From an uncultured bacterium (GTDB taxonomy: Bacteria; Margulisbacteria; WOR-1; CAVSGV01), in contig OY969425.1 in assembly GCA_963699255.1 (NCBI GenBank), positions 510,001 to 542,000 of the forward strand: a stretch of 32,000 bases of DNA, written 5' to 3'. This document shows, one piece after another, positions 8,969-18,842 of the stretch (its first letter is position 1; every line of letters begins with the position of its first letter). The notes beneath the pieces are model-generated. The model had not been told where the DNA came from. It ran no database searches and was given only the letters and a program-made list of their open reading frames with translations. Made by a program: the position numbers and the translations under genes.

Positions 8969-9880
8969 CTAGAAGACCGGCGTTAACCAGACTTTGAATT
9001 TTGGATTATTGCCCTTCACGGCATCAAAATAAAGTTTCTGCAGCTTTTTTGTGACATCCCCTACTTTGCCGTTGCCCACGGGCCTCCTGTCCACTTCCGT
9101 CACTGCACAAACTCCCGCGGCCGTGCCTGTAAAGAATACCTCGTCCGCGATATAAAGTTCCGTTCTATCGAGGGGCCGCTCTACCAGCGGTATCTTAAGC
9201 TCGTCTTCGATCAGGGTAATAAGAGATTCCCTTGTGATCCCCTCCAGTATGTCATGATGCAGGGGAGGAGTGATTATCTCGTCTTTTCTGATGATAAAGA
9301 TATTCTCGCCGGGGCCCTCAGCAACATGCCCGTCGGAAGACAGCATGATTGCCTCGTCATAACCGTTCATTTTCGCTTCAGCGCTGGCAAGAGAGGAATT
9401 CACATACACTCCCGTGATCTTTGCGCGCGCCGGTATCATGTTGTCATTGATCCTGTTCCAGGTGGATACGCAGGCCCTTATCCCCTTTTCCAGGTCAAGA
9501 TATTCGCCGTAAGGGGATAAATAGATAAGAAAGTCGTCTTCCAGGCCGATCAGGCCAAGCCCGATCTTTTCGGAAGATTTATACGCTATCGGCCTTATGT
9601 AGATATCTTCCTTATAACCGTTCCTTTTTGCAAGCTCCACGGTCAGGTCGCATAGTTCATCCAAGCTCAGCTTTGGCTTGATCATCAGTATCCTGCATGA
9701 CCTTAGCAACCTCTCGTAATGCTCCTTCAGCTTCACGATATAAAGCTGTTTCTGACCGGCGTTCCAGTATCCGCGGATGCCCTCGAACACACCTGTGCCG
9801 TAATTGAACGCGTGGGTCATTACGCCGATCTTTGCATCCTTGAAAGGTACGAATTTGCCTTGTAAATATACTTCTTTCAT
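8969..9880 (-). CDS. ilvE: Branched-chain amino acid aminotransferase (fold-type IV PLP enzyme)
   Basis: KEVYLQGKFVPFKDAKIGVMTHAFNYGTGVFEGIRGY, EGPGENIFIIRKDEIITPP, DEVFFTGTAAGV. Confidence 0.92.
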   Translation of the reverse strand: MKEVYLQGKFVPFKDAKIGVMTHAFNYGTGVFEGIRGYWNAGQKQLYIVKLKEHYERLLRSCRILMIKPKLSLDELCDLTVELAKRNGYKEDIYIRPIAYKSSEKIGLGLIGLEDDFLIYLSPYGEYLDLEKGIRACVSTWNRINDNMIPARAKITGVYVNSSLASAEAKMNGYDEAIMLSSDGHVAEGPGENIFIIRKDEIITPPLHHDILEGITRESLITLIEDELKIPLVERPLDRTELYIADEVFFTGTAAGVCAVTEVDRRPVGNGKVGDVTKKLQKLYFDAVKGNNPKFKVWLTPVF

Positions 9881-9895
9881 ATAGCGCCTCGCATT

Positions 9896-11467
9896 CTACA
9901 TATGTTCAGGAGCCGTTATTCCCAATAATTTTAACACATTCCTCAGGACTATAGAAGTGGATTTAGCCAAAGTAAGCCTTGCCTTGGAGAGTTCAATGTT
10001 CCCCGATATCACTCTGCACTGATGGTAATAATTATGGAATATCTGGGCCAGGGATTCGGCGTAACCTGTCAGCCTGTGGGGCTGCATGAAGACAGCGGCG
10101 CTGGCAACTTCATCCTCGTATTTCAGGAGCTTTAACATGAGTTTTCTCTCCGAAGCGGTGTTCAAAAGCGCCAGATCGGAGGATCCGGGGGAGAGACCCG
10201 CCTTTTTCGCTTCATTCAATATGCTGCAGATCCTCGCGTGGGCATAGCTTACATAATAAACGGGGTTCTCGAGCGATTTTGACTTGGCAAGCTCAAGATC
10301 AAAATCCAGATGAGTGCTGGCGCTGTTCCTGACAAGAAAATATCTTGTGGCGGGAGCGCCGATCTCATCTATTACCTCCTGGAGGGTGATCATTTCACCG
10401 GTCCGCTTGCTCATCCTGATAAGTTCTTTCCCTCTGTATAAGGCCACAAGCTGGCCTATGATTATTTCAAGTTTTTCAGCGGGATAACCAAGAGCGGTAA
10501 CAGCGGCCCTCAACCTTGCCACGTATCCATGGTGGTCCGTACCCCAGACATTGATTATCTTGTCATATCCACGGTCGAATTTGTTGACATGGTAAGCTAT
10601 GTCCGCGGCAAAATATGTCGACTGGCCGTCCTCTTTTATCAAAACCCTGTTCTTGTCGTCCCCATACTGGCTCGACTTGAACCATAAAGTTGAACCCTCA
10701 TAAAATGTAAGCCCTTTGTCTTCAAGCCGTTTAATGCATTTTTTTACAAGCTCCTTCTTGTGAAGCTCATGCTCATAGAACCATTTGCCGAAGCTTACGC
10801 CGAGATCATTCAGGGTCTTTTGTTGCGCATGAAGTATGGATCTCAAGGCTTCTTCCTTGATGCGATTTTTATCCCTTATCTGATCAGCAAGTTCATAAAT
10901 ATACTGGCCGGCGTACCCTCCATCCGGAACCGCCCTGCCCTCCATCCTCGCTTTTACGGATTCAACCAGAGAGTTGATCTGTTCTCCAACATCATTCACA
11001 TAATATTCCTTATCAACTGAATATCCGCATGCTTTCAGGACATTTGCGAGCGAATCCCCTATAACAGCCCATCTGCCGTGGCCTATATGAAGAGGGCCGG
11101 TAGGATTAGCGCTGACGAACTCAAGCAGCACCTTTTTATGGCTGCCTGCATTTGAGCATCCGTACCTTTCACCTTTCTTTAAAATGGCGGCAAGATTATT
11201 TTCCAGCGTTGTGCCATTGATCCTGAGGTTAATGAAGCCCTGAGGTGTTGCTTCAATGCTCGCGAACATTTTTCCCTTATCGACCTTCTTCATGCCCGAA
11301 ACGATCTCATTCGCGGTATCAAAAGGCGCGGCGCCGTTCTGCTTGGAGGCTATGATCGCTATGTTCGTGGAATAATCGCCGTATCGTTCGTTCTTGGGGG
11401 ATTCTATTTCAATATCAAGTGTCGTGGAAATAACATTTTTTATTAGTGTCTTGATTTGTTGTTGCAT
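9896..11467 (-). CDS. argS: Arginyl-tRNA synthetase
   Basis: 523 aa; EFVSANPTGPLHIGHGRWAVIGD (HIGH motif), NVWGTDHHGYVARLRAA, MSKRTGEMITL, DALR-type C-terminus. Confidence 0.95.
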   Translation of the reverse strand: MQQQIKTLIKNVISTTLDIEIESPKNERYGDYSTNIAIIASKQNGAAPFDTANEIVSGMKKVDKGKMFASIEATPQGFINLRINGTTLENNLAAILKKGERYGCSNAGSHKKVLLEFVSANPTGPLHIGHGRWAVIGDSLANVLKACGYSVDKEYYVNDVGEQINSLVESVKARMEGRAVPDGGYAGQYIYELADQIRDKNRIKEEALRSILHAQQKTLNDLGVSFGKWFYEHELHKKELVKKCIKRLEDKGLTFYEGSTLWFKSSQYGDDKNRVLIKEDGQSTYFAADIAYHVNKFDRGYDKIINVWGTDHHGYVARLRAAVTALGYPAEKLEIIIGQLVALYRGKELIRMSKRTGEMITLQEVIDEIGAPATRYFLVRNSASTHLDFDLELAKSKSLENPVYYVSYAHARICSILNEAKKAGLSPGSSDLALLNTASERKLMLKLLKYEDEVASAAVFMQPHRLTGYAESLAQIFHNYYHQCRVISGNIELSKARLTLAKSTSIVLRNVLKLLGITAPEHM

Positions 11468-11472
11468 GTCTA

Positions 11473-13404
11473 TCAGTAGCTGTCAAAATCTTTAAGGTTG
11501 TTTATTTTTTGGATCGCGAACGGCGTTTTGGACAGGACATCCGCCGCTTCAGACCTTGTCAGCACCCTCTTAGGTTCAAATGGCTTATCACCAAGGAACT
11601 GCAGCATTCCGGCGCTCCTCGCCGCTGAAATGCTCAGGGCGGCCCAATGCCTGCCTGGTACATCCGGATAAGGTTGTTCAAGCAGTGTCTCCGGAAGTTT
11701 TAAACCGGCAAATCTTGTAAGCAACATCACTCCTTCCGCCCTGTTCAGCGGCTGCGCGGGCCTGAAAGTTTTATCGGGATATCCCAAAACAATGCCGGTT
11801 TCGGATGCGGTTTTGACATAGAAAGAAGCCCAGTGTTTGTGCGTTACATCGGAAAACATCGTATCAATTGATTCAGGGGTCGTCGTAAGGTTCGTCTTGA
11901 CAAGAAGTGTCGTAAGCTCGGCTCTCGTGATAGTTTTGTCCGGTTTGAAGGTCCCGTCCGGATATCCGCCTATGACCCCAAGGGTCGCAAGCAGCTCGAC
12001 CTGATCTTTTGCCCAGTAGCCATCGGGAACATCCTTGAATTGCATTAATCTTAGTATCCTGACCTCTTGTGACGCAAGCTCCAGATCATTGATGTCATAA
12101 ACCTTAAGCACAAAAGCATTCTTGCCGATGAGCAGCGGGTAAGCCGCTTCAAATGTGCCGTCCTGAGAAAAAGAGACATTGGCATCATTAATGGTCAATC
12201 TGCTTACATCCTGAAGGTCCAATATTTTACCCGTGACGACCGCGCTCTCTTCGTACGTGATCGATCTATCCTGCGGAGATATCACTTGCAGATAGTCTTT
12301 TTTGACCGGAGGCGGCGGAGGCAGCGGCACCTCAACAGGGGGTGAATATGACACAGAGAGATAACTGGTGTCATTGTCCGACAAAGTGTATTTATGATAG
12401 GCGTAATCGAATTTAAAACCGTTGTATTGTATCCCGACACCGGCGCACAAATTAGTTTCTACGTTGTATCCGATCGACGATGTATCCCGACCGATGGCAT
12501 CCTGATCAAACCCTGTCCGTATGGACAGAAAACTGATCGGCTGCCATTCGACACCCGTGCGAACAAGAGTAGGATAGTTGGCTTGTTCAGGCGAATAATC
12601 CAGATCAAGTAAATATACCAGAGGTTGAGAATTCCCGTACATAGAATCGTCCCCAAAAACCTTCATGGCCATGCCAAGCTTTGTTGTCGTCGGGAGCTCC
12701 TGTACCGTTCCGGAATTAGATGTCAGCTTGCCTCCCATACTGGCCGGCAGAGCATCTACCTGGTTCCACCCCAAAGAAAGCCAGGGCAAGGGCTTATACA
12801 TCACAGCCAGGTCCATGTCCATTCCCGACGATAGCCCTTCGCTGATACCGCCGCCCGAAAGACCCTGTGAAAATATTTTGATTGTTGCGCCCAACGAAAC
12901 CTTATCCAACCAGCCGTAACTCAGGAACCTCTTTGCCTCGCTGCCGTAAGAAAGAAGTATCACGGAGCTTGTATAGTCGATGGTCTCTCCCGCGAGAACA
13001 GGGATGATAATGTCCCCGGGCCCTTCACCCAGTTCCAGTGTCGTAACGAAACTGCCGCTTAAAGTCGCGCCAACATAACCAAGGCCGAACGTTCCATAAT
13101 CCGTGTTGTATGTTCCCGCAACTGAGACATAATTGATCACATTTAAAAGCTGAGTGGTCATGCTTTGCACCTGCCATGTTTTAAGGTCAGCAAGCCCGGC
13201 GGGGTTCATGAATACATCGTTGACATCATCAGAAAGCCCGACAAATGAGCCTCCCATTCCTATGACCCTTGCGCCGGTACCGATAAGCGTGGGATCTGCG
13301 GTTGTTTTTACGTAATCGGCGCTGCTGGAATATGATGAAATAAGCGTAACAGACAACAGAATGAAAATTAAAAGGCCTGTTTTTTTAAGTATAACCTTTA
13401 TCAT
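11473..13404 (-). CDS. PorV/UPF0164-like outer-membrane protein with C-terminal SLH domains
   Basis: Signal peptide; TTADPTLIGTGARVIGMGGSFVGLSDDVNDVFMNPAGLA; C-terminal SLH motifs FKDVPDGYWAKDQVELLATLGVIGGYPDGTFKPDKTITRAEL and FSDVTHKHWASFYVKTASETGIVLGYPDKTFRPAQPLNRAE. Confidence 0.85.
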   Translation of the reverse strand: MIKVILKKTGLLIFILLSVTLISSYSSSADYVKTTADPTLIGTGARVIGMGGSFVGLSDDVNDVFMNPAGLADLKTWQVQSMTTQLLNVINYVSVAGTYNTDYGTFGLGYVGATLSGSFVTTLELGEGPGDIIIPVLAGETIDYTSSVILLSYGSEAKRFLSYGWLDKVSLGATIKIFSQGLSGGGISEGLSSGMDMDLAVMYKPLPWLSLGWNQVDALPASMGGKLTSNSGTVQELPTTTKLGMAMKVFGDDSMYGNSQPLVYLLDLDYSPEQANYPTLVRTGVEWQPISFLSIRTGFDQDAIGRDTSSIGYNVETNLCAGVGIQYNGFKFDYAYHKYTLSDNDTSYLSVSYSPPVEVPLPPPPPVKKDYLQVISPQDRSITYEESAVVTGKILDLQDVSRLTINDANVSFSQDGTFEAAYPLLIGKNAFVLKVYDINDLELASQEVRILRLMQFKDVPDGYWAKDQVELLATLGVIGGYPDGTFKPDKTITRAELTTLLVKTNLTTTPESIDTMFSDVTHKHWASFYVKTASETGIVLGYPDKTFRPAQPLNRAEGVMLLTRFAGLKLPETLLEQPYPDVPGRHWAALSISAARSAGMLQFLGDKPFEPKRVLTRSEAADVLSKTPFAIQKINNLKDFDSY

Positions 13405-13456
13405 TCAATCCGCCTTTACTGTTCTCTTCGTCCGAATGCCGTAATTATACTGCTTA

Positions 13457-14302
13457 TTATCGAAAACTCGGATAAGAGCCGAGCATCTTAAAGAACGAAG
13501 CTTTTGTCTTAACTTTGGTCAGAGCTTGCGAGACGACCTTATCCGTACGGTGGCCCTGCATATCGATGAAGAAGAAGTAATCCCCCAGCGTTCTTTTTGT
13601 GGGCCGCGATTCGATCTTTGTCAGGTTCAGGTCCCTGTTCGCGAATTCACCGAGTATATCATGCAGCCCTCCCGGCCTGTCCTTTAAGATGGAGAACACG
13701 ATAGATGTCTTATCATATCCGGTCCGTGCGTGATCGTTTTTTGCGAGCACAACGAACCTTGTAGCGTTGTCCGGATAATCGTTAATATTTGAATCGATTA
13801 TTGAAAGACCGTAAAGTTTCGCTGACGTTCTTGAGGCGATCGCCGCGGGCATATTCAAACCTTTTACGACCTCGGCTTCTCCGACCTGTCTTGCCGCGTC
13901 AGCGGTGCTGAAAGCGAACCGTATTTTTGCCTTTGGAAGTTTTTTTCTCAGGTATTGCTTGCACTGGTCAATGACCGGCGGATAGGAAATGACCTCCGTA
14001 ATTTTACGCGGCGCAACTTTGACCTTAGCCATAAGATATTGGCGGACCGGAATGACTATTTCCTGCTTGATCTTAAGGTCCACTTCGTTCACAAGAGCAT
14101 CTATTACAAGCCCGATGGTGCCTTCGGCAGAGTTCTCTATTGGAGTAATGCCTTCATCTATCTTTCCTTTATCGACATCAATAAGAAGGTCATGTATAGT
14201 TGAATACGGAATGAACTTGGCGCCGCCGATCTTCTTTTGATATATCGCGCTTGCTTCTTCTGAAAACGTGCCTTCCGGCCCCAGATATCCTATTTTCAGC
14301 AT
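13457..14302 (-). CDS. pheA: Prephenate dehydratase with ACT domain
   Basis: LGPEGTFSEEA, TPIENSAEGTIGLVID, NDHARTGYDKTSIVFSI, LTKIESRPTKRTLGDYFFFID; no chorismate mutase domain. Confidence 0.93.
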   Translation of the reverse strand: MLKIGYLGPEGTFSEEASAIYQKKIGGAKFIPYSTIHDLLIDVDKGKIDEGITPIENSAEGTIGLVIDALVNEVDLKIKQEIVIPVRQYLMAKVKVAPRKITEVISYPPVIDQCKQYLRKKLPKAKIRFAFSTADAARQVGEAEVVKGLNMPAAIASRTSAKLYGLSIIDSNINDYPDNATRFVVLAKNDHARTGYDKTSIVFSILKDRPGGLHDILGEFANRDLNLTKIESRPTKRTLGDYFFFIDMQGHRTDKVVSQALTKVKTKASFFKMLGSYPSFR

Positions 14303-14312
14303 GATTATCTCC

Positions 14313-14768
14313 TTATTCCCTTCCGCGGGTCACGAGCCGCACAACTTTCATCCCGGATTCCTTGAGCATTTGTCTTGCCAGTTTATCGGGGTAAGGGCCC
14401 TCATAAACAAGCTTCTTTATGCCCGCATTTATCATCATTTTAACACATATTATGCAGGGTTGATAAGTGGAATATATCGTGGCACCCTCGATCTTAACGC
14501 CGTGCAGCGCGGCCTGAATTATGGCATTCTGTTCAGCGTGAAGCCCCCTGCAAAGCTCGTGGCGCTGGCCGGAAGGCACGTTCAGTTCCTTCCTTAAACA
14601 GCCTGTTTCACTGCAGTGTTTCAGCTTTTTAGGGGCGCCGTTGTATCCCGTGGATAACACCCTGGACTCTTTGACTATTATCGCCCCGACTTTTCTTTTT
14701 AGACAGGTCGATCTGACAGCTACGTCTTTCGTGATCTTCATGAAGTAATCATCCCATGAAGGGCGCAT
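14313..14768 (-). CDS. dCMP deaminase (ComEB-like)
   Basis: Zinc deaminase motifs [12 protein letters not shown] and [17 protein letters not shown]; 151 aa. Confidence 0.9.
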   Translation of the reverse strand: MRPSWDDYFMKITKDVAVRSTCLKRKVGAIIVKESRVLSTGYNGAPKKLKHCSETGCLRKELNVPSGQRHELCRGLHAEQNAIIQAALHGVKIEGATIYSTYQPCIICVKMMINAGIKKLVYEGPYPDKLARQMLKESGMKVVRLVTRGRE

Positions 14769-14770
14769 TG

Positions 14771-15715
14771 TTATTTCCTCTTGAGGACGTTGTGGGCTGC
14801 CGAGAAGATATCTTTTGCGGTCAGGCCGTACTTTTCAAGGAGTTCATCGGGCTTTCCTGATTCTCCGAACATGTCTTTCATTCCGACCCTTGCCATCGGG
14901 ACCGGCTTGTTTTCAACAAGGACCTCCGACACCGCGCCGCCAAGTCCGCCGATTATGGAATGTTCCTCGGCGGTTACGATCGCCCCCGTCTCCGCGGCAC
15001 ACCTGATGATAAGCTCCCTGTCCAGAGGTTTTACTGTATGCATATCCACAACTCTCGCGTTAATACCTTCTTTGGACAGCTCCCGGGCGGCCATAAGCCC
15101 CTGATAGACCATGATCCCTGTCGCAATGATAGTAATGTCACTGCCCGGTTTCATCACTACCCCCTTTCCTATCCTGAAGTCATAATTTCCGTTGCCGTGC
15201 ACGACCGGAGAGGCCAGTCTTGAAAGCCTGACGTATGAAGGGCCGTATTCTTTAACCAGGCTTTTTATGACGTTCACGGTTTCAACGGCATCCGCCGGGA
15301 CAATTACCGTCATGTTGGGGATGACCCTCATTATAGCGATGTCTTCATTCGCCTGATGGGTAGCTCCGTCTTCACCTGTGGTGATGCCACCGTGCGTGAC
15401 GACCAGCTTAACGTTCAGTCTCGTGTAAGCCATTGAGACCCTTACCTGATCCCATGCGCGACCAGAGCCGAAGACGGCAAAAGTGCTTGCGAAAACTATT
15501 TTCCCGCAGGCCGCGAACCCGGCAGCGGTGCTTATCATGTCCTGTTCCGCCACTCCCATATCGAAGAACCTGTCGGGGAATTCCTTTGCGAACAAGCTTG
15601 TTTTTGTCGAGGCGGAAAGATCGGCATCCAGAACGACTATGTCTTTGTGGGCCTTCCCCAGTTCAACCAGGGTCTTTCCGTAAGCATCCCTTGTCGATGC
15701 GAGCGTTACTGTCAT
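14771..15715 (-). CDS. Transketolase, C-terminal subunit
   Basis: [66 protein letters not shown]. Confidence 0.93.
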   Translation of the reverse strand: MTVTLASTRDAYGKTLVELGKAHKDIVVLDADLSASTKTSLFAKEFPDRFFDMGVAEQDMISTAAGFAACGKIVFASTFAVFGSGRAWDQVRVSMAYTRLNVKLVVTHGGITTGEDGATHQANEDIAIMRVIPNMTVIVPADAVETVNVIKSLVKEYGPSYVRLSRLASPVVHGNGNYDFRIGKGVVMKPGSDITIIATGIMVYQGLMAARELSKEGINARVVDMHTVKPLDRELIIRCAAETGAIVTAEEHSIIGGLGGAVSEVLVENKPVPMARVGMKDMFGESGKPDELLEKYGLTAKDIFSAAHNVLKRK

Positions 15716-16542
15716 TAGATAAGTTCCTCCAAAGCTTTGATTACTTCCTCCCTGGTAGGCGCCTTGCCGTGAAAGTCCTTGGGGTTGTTTTCCATGAAAG
15801 AAACCCCTTTTCCCTTCACTGTTTCCGCGATTATTATCGTCGGCCGCCCTTTGGCGCCGGTCGCGTCATCAAGAGCTTTGATGATCGACTTTATGTCGTG
15901 GCCGTTCACGCCATCTATCACGTTGAACCTGAAAGCCCGCCATTTGTCCGCGATCGGCTGTATGCCCTTTACATCTTCCACCTTTCCGTCGATCTGATAC
16001 TTATTGTGATCAAGTATGACCGTAAGATTATCAAGTTTGTAATGACCCGAGGTCATGGCCGCCTCCCAGATCTGTCCCTCCTGGGATTCGCCATCCCCTA
16101 TCACCACATAAACCCTGTAGTTCTTATTGTCCATTCTTCCCGCAAGAGCCATCCCATTGGCCGCAGACAATCCCTGGCCCAGAGAGCCCGTCGACATCTC
16201 AATTCCGGGAAGACTTATCATGTCCACGTGACCCTGCAGTGAGCTGCCGATCTGTCTTAATGTTTTAAGGTAGCTTTTCGGGAAATAACCGGCTTCGGCC
16301 AGCACGGAATAAAGCACCGGAGCGGCATGGCCTTTTGAAAGCACGAACCTGTCCCTGTCCTCCCATTTCGGGTTTTTAGGGTCGATCCTTAACTTATGGA
16401 AATAAAGAACAGTCAATATGTCAGCAGCCGAGAGGCTCCCGCCCGGATGGCCGGACCCGCATCGGCCGATCATCTCGACGATGTGGCGTCTGATAACTTT
16501 TGCTTTTCCTTCCAGCTCTTTTATTTTTTCTGATGTGACCAT
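15715..16542 (-). CDS. Transketolase, N-terminal (TPP-binding) subunit
   Basis: GHPGGSLSAADILTVLYFHKLRID, SKGHAAPVLYSVLAEAGYF, TGSLGQGLSAANGMALA, GDGESQEGQIWEAAM..NLTVILDHNKYQIDG. Confidence 0.94.
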   Translation of the reverse strand: MVTSEKIKELEGKAKVIRRHIVEMIGRCGSGHPGGSLSAADILTVLYFHKLRIDPKNPKWEDRDRFVLSKGHAAPVLYSVLAEAGYFPKSYLKTLRQIGSSLQGHVDMISLPGIEMSTGSLGQGLSAANGMALAGRMDNKNYRVYVVIGDGESQEGQIWEAAMTSGHYKLDNLTVILDHNKYQIDGKVEDVKGIQPIADKWRAFRFNVIDGVNGHDIKSIIKALDDATGAKGRPTIIIAETVKGKGVSFMENNPKDFHGKAPTREEVIKALEELI

Positions 16543-16551
16543 TTATTATCC

Positions 16552-17466
16552 TCAGAATAACATGTTAAGTTTACCGCTGTCAACGAGTTCAAGCTCCAGC
16601 TTGACCTTGAATTTTTCTTTTACAGTGTTTTTTACCTTGCGGATCAACGCATTCACGTCCGAGGACCTGGCGTCGCCAAGATTGATGATGAAATTCGCGT
16701 GTTTTTTCGAGACCTCAGCGCCCCCCACCCTCAAGCCTTTGCACCCCGCCATATCGATCAGTTTGCCGGCCGGCACATCCTTCGGGTTCTTGAAGATGGA
16801 CCCTGCGCTTGGCACGGATATCGGCTGAAGCTCTTTTCGTTTGGATAAGATCTCATCGATCCTTTTCTTGATGATGTTCTTTTGCCTGTAGCCAAGCTTC
16901 AGCTTGGCCGAGGTGAGAATGCAGTTTCTGATATTGCTTTTCCTGTAAGAGAACTTCAGTTCGGACCTTGACAGCACCCTTAACCTGCCCGTCGTCTCCA
17001 GGATTTCCACAGATTCAACAATATCCCCCATCTCCTCCCCGAAAGCACCCATGTTCATAACGACCGCACCGCCGACCGCCGCAGGCACCCACGCGGAAAA
17101 TTCAAGGCCCGAAAGCCCGCAGTCCGCAAGCTTTCTGATGAGCGTCTGGATCAGCGTTCCGCCTCCGGCCGTCACGGTCCTGCCCTGGCAGTCAAAATCG
17201 TTGAGCCCTCCGGATATTTTTATAACAACGCCTCTGAGCCCCGCGTCAGAAATGAGGAGGTTCGATCCATTGCCGATAACGTATTTTTTTATGCCCTCCG
17301 TTCTGTGAAGAACTTCCCGCAAGGTTTCCACATCTTTTGGTACGACCAGAATGTCAGCAGGCCCGCCGATCTTCAGCGTGGTGTGTCGGCTGAGAGGCTC
17401 GTTCTTGAATACCTTTGCCGAGCTTATCTTGTTCAGTTCCTTATATATATCCTTATAATCAGGCAT
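16552..17466 (-). CDS. murB: UDP-N-acetylenolpyruvoylglucosamine reductase
   Basis: HTTLKIGGPADILVVP, VIGNGSNLLISD, VPAAVGGAVVMNMGAFG, SAGSIFKNP. Confidence 0.93.
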   Translation of the reverse strand: MPDYKDIYKELNKISSAKVFKNEPLSRHTTLKIGGPADILVVPKDVETLREVLHRTEGIKKYVIGNGSNLLISDAGLRGVVIKISGGLNDFDCQGRTVTAGGGTLIQTLIRKLADCGLSGLEFSAWVPAAVGGAVVMNMGAFGEEMGDIVESVEILETTGRLRVLSRSELKFSYRKSNIRNCILTSAKLKLGYRQKNIIKKRIDEILSKRKELQPISVPSAGSIFKNPKDVPAGKLIDMAGCKGLRVGGAEVSKKHANFIINLGDARSSDVNALIRKVKNTVKEKFKVKLELELVDSGKLNMLF

Positions 17467-18835
17467 TTTCTTTTAACCTGCTGAATATTTCTTTCCCGAC
17501 ATTATTGATATCTCCCGCGCCCATTGTTATTATGATGTCCCTTGGATGGGCAATGCCAATGACATAGTTCGCGATCTGCTCCTTTTTCTTCATATAAACA
17601 GCGTCCTTTGAGCGCTTTTTGACCTCATTAAATATGGTCTCCCCGGAAATACCGGCTATCGGCGCTTCTCCCGCGCTGTAAACATCGGATATTATCGTTA
17701 TGTCAGCATTGCCGAAAGCTTCCCCGAATTCCCCGTAAAAATGCATGGTCCTTGTGAACCTGTGCGGCTGGAAGATACAGATTATCCTTCTGTCCGGGTA
17801 TCTTAGTCTCGCGCCCTCAAGTGTCCTTGCAACTTCGGTCGGGTGATGCCCGTAATCATCCACGATAATTATGTCGTTGATCTCTCCTATAACCTGAAAT
17901 CGCCTTTTTGCCCCGGTGAAAGACTGCAGACCGCTGCACACCTCGGAAAAGTCGCAGCTCAGGGAGGAAGCAACGGCGATCGTTGCAAGCGCATTTTCTA
18001 TGTTATGACTTCCCGGCACCGAGAGCGTAACCTCTCCCAATTCTTTATCGCCTTTATAGGCGTCAAACTTTGTCATCCGTTCGCCAAATTTGAAGTTATC
18101 GGCCCGAAAGTCAGTTTTAGCCGACACACCATAGGAAATAACCTTTTTATTCGTGATGTTCTTTTTGACGGCGTCTACGCCCGCGCCTTCACCCATCACG
18201 ACCAAACCGTCATCCGGCACCAGCTGCGCAAATCCAGTAAAAGCCTCCACGACCTTATTGAAGGAACCGTAATGCTCCATGTGATCAGCTTCAACATTCG
18301 TTATCACTGCGATCGTCGGGTGAAGGGTCAGGAAAGAAGCGTCGCTTTCATCGGCTTCGGCAACAACATACGGCCCTGTCCCCAGTCTTGCATTGCCGTC
18401 GACATCATTCGCTTCTCCTCCGATAAGGAACGTGGGATCTTTTCCGCAACTGGCGAGCACAGCCGCGATCATCGATGTTGTCGTGGTCTTCCCGTGCGTG
18501 CCGGCAACGGCGATCCGCACCTTGAACTGGTCCATTATCCATGAAAGCATGACAGCCCTTTTCACTGTCGGTATGCCGGATGATATGGACTCATTAACCT
18601 CCGCGTTGCCGACCGGTATCGCCGAGGAAATAACGGTCAGGTCGGCGCCCCTGACATTAGTTCTTTCATGGCCAATATAAACATGAACCCCCAGCTCCCT
18701 GAGTCTTATGGTATTCGCGGACTCCTTTATGTCCGATCCTGTCACCTTGTAGCCCATTTTTACGAGTATCTTGGCTATAGCGCTCATGCCGCATCCGCCG
18801 ATGCCGACGAAATGCACCGTTTTTATCTTATTCAT
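17459..18835 (-). CDS. murC: UDP-N-acetylmuramate-L-alanine ligase
   Basis: MNKIKTVHFVGIGGCGMSAIAKIL, GTHGKTTTTSMIA, DDYGHHPTEV; the track ORF extends to 18877 but the conserved start is at 18835. Confidence 0.95.
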   Translation of the reverse strand: MNKIKTVHFVGIGGCGMSAIAKILVKMGYKVTGSDIKESANTIRLRELGVHVYIGHERTNVRGADLTVISSAIPVGNAEVNESISSGIPTVKRAVMLSWIMDQFKVRIAVAGTHGKTTTTSMIAAVLASCGKDPTFLIGGEANDVDGNARLGTGPYVVAEADESDASFLTLHPTIAVITNVEADHMEHYGSFNKVVEAFTGFAQLVPDDGLVVMGEGAGVDAVKKNITNKKVISYGVSAKTDFRADNFKFGERMTKFDAYKGDKELGEVTLSVPGSHNIENALATIAVASSLSCDFSEVCSGLQSFTGAKRRFQVIGEINDIIIVDDYGHHPTEVARTLEGARLRYPDRRIICIFQPHRFTRTMHFYGEFGEAFGNADITIISDVYSAGEAPIAGISGETIFNEVKKRSKDAVYMKKKEQIANYVIGIAHPRDIIITMGAGDINNVGKEIFSRLKENA

Positions 18836-18842
18836 GTCAGGG

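Noticed and set aside
15433-16242. 269-aa plus-strand ORF opposite the transketolase genes
   Set aside because: Fully antisense to well-conserved coding sequence; its low-complexity Arg/Pro/Leu-rich translation is typical of shadow ORFs.
16552-17466. murB with VPAAVGG instead of the common IPGxVGG segment
   Set aside because: Other MurB hallmarks, including SAGSIFKNP, are intact; this looks like ordinary lineage divergence.
17843-18544. 233-aa plus-strand ORF opposite murC
   Set aside because: His/Arg-rich antisense shadow of murC with no family motif.
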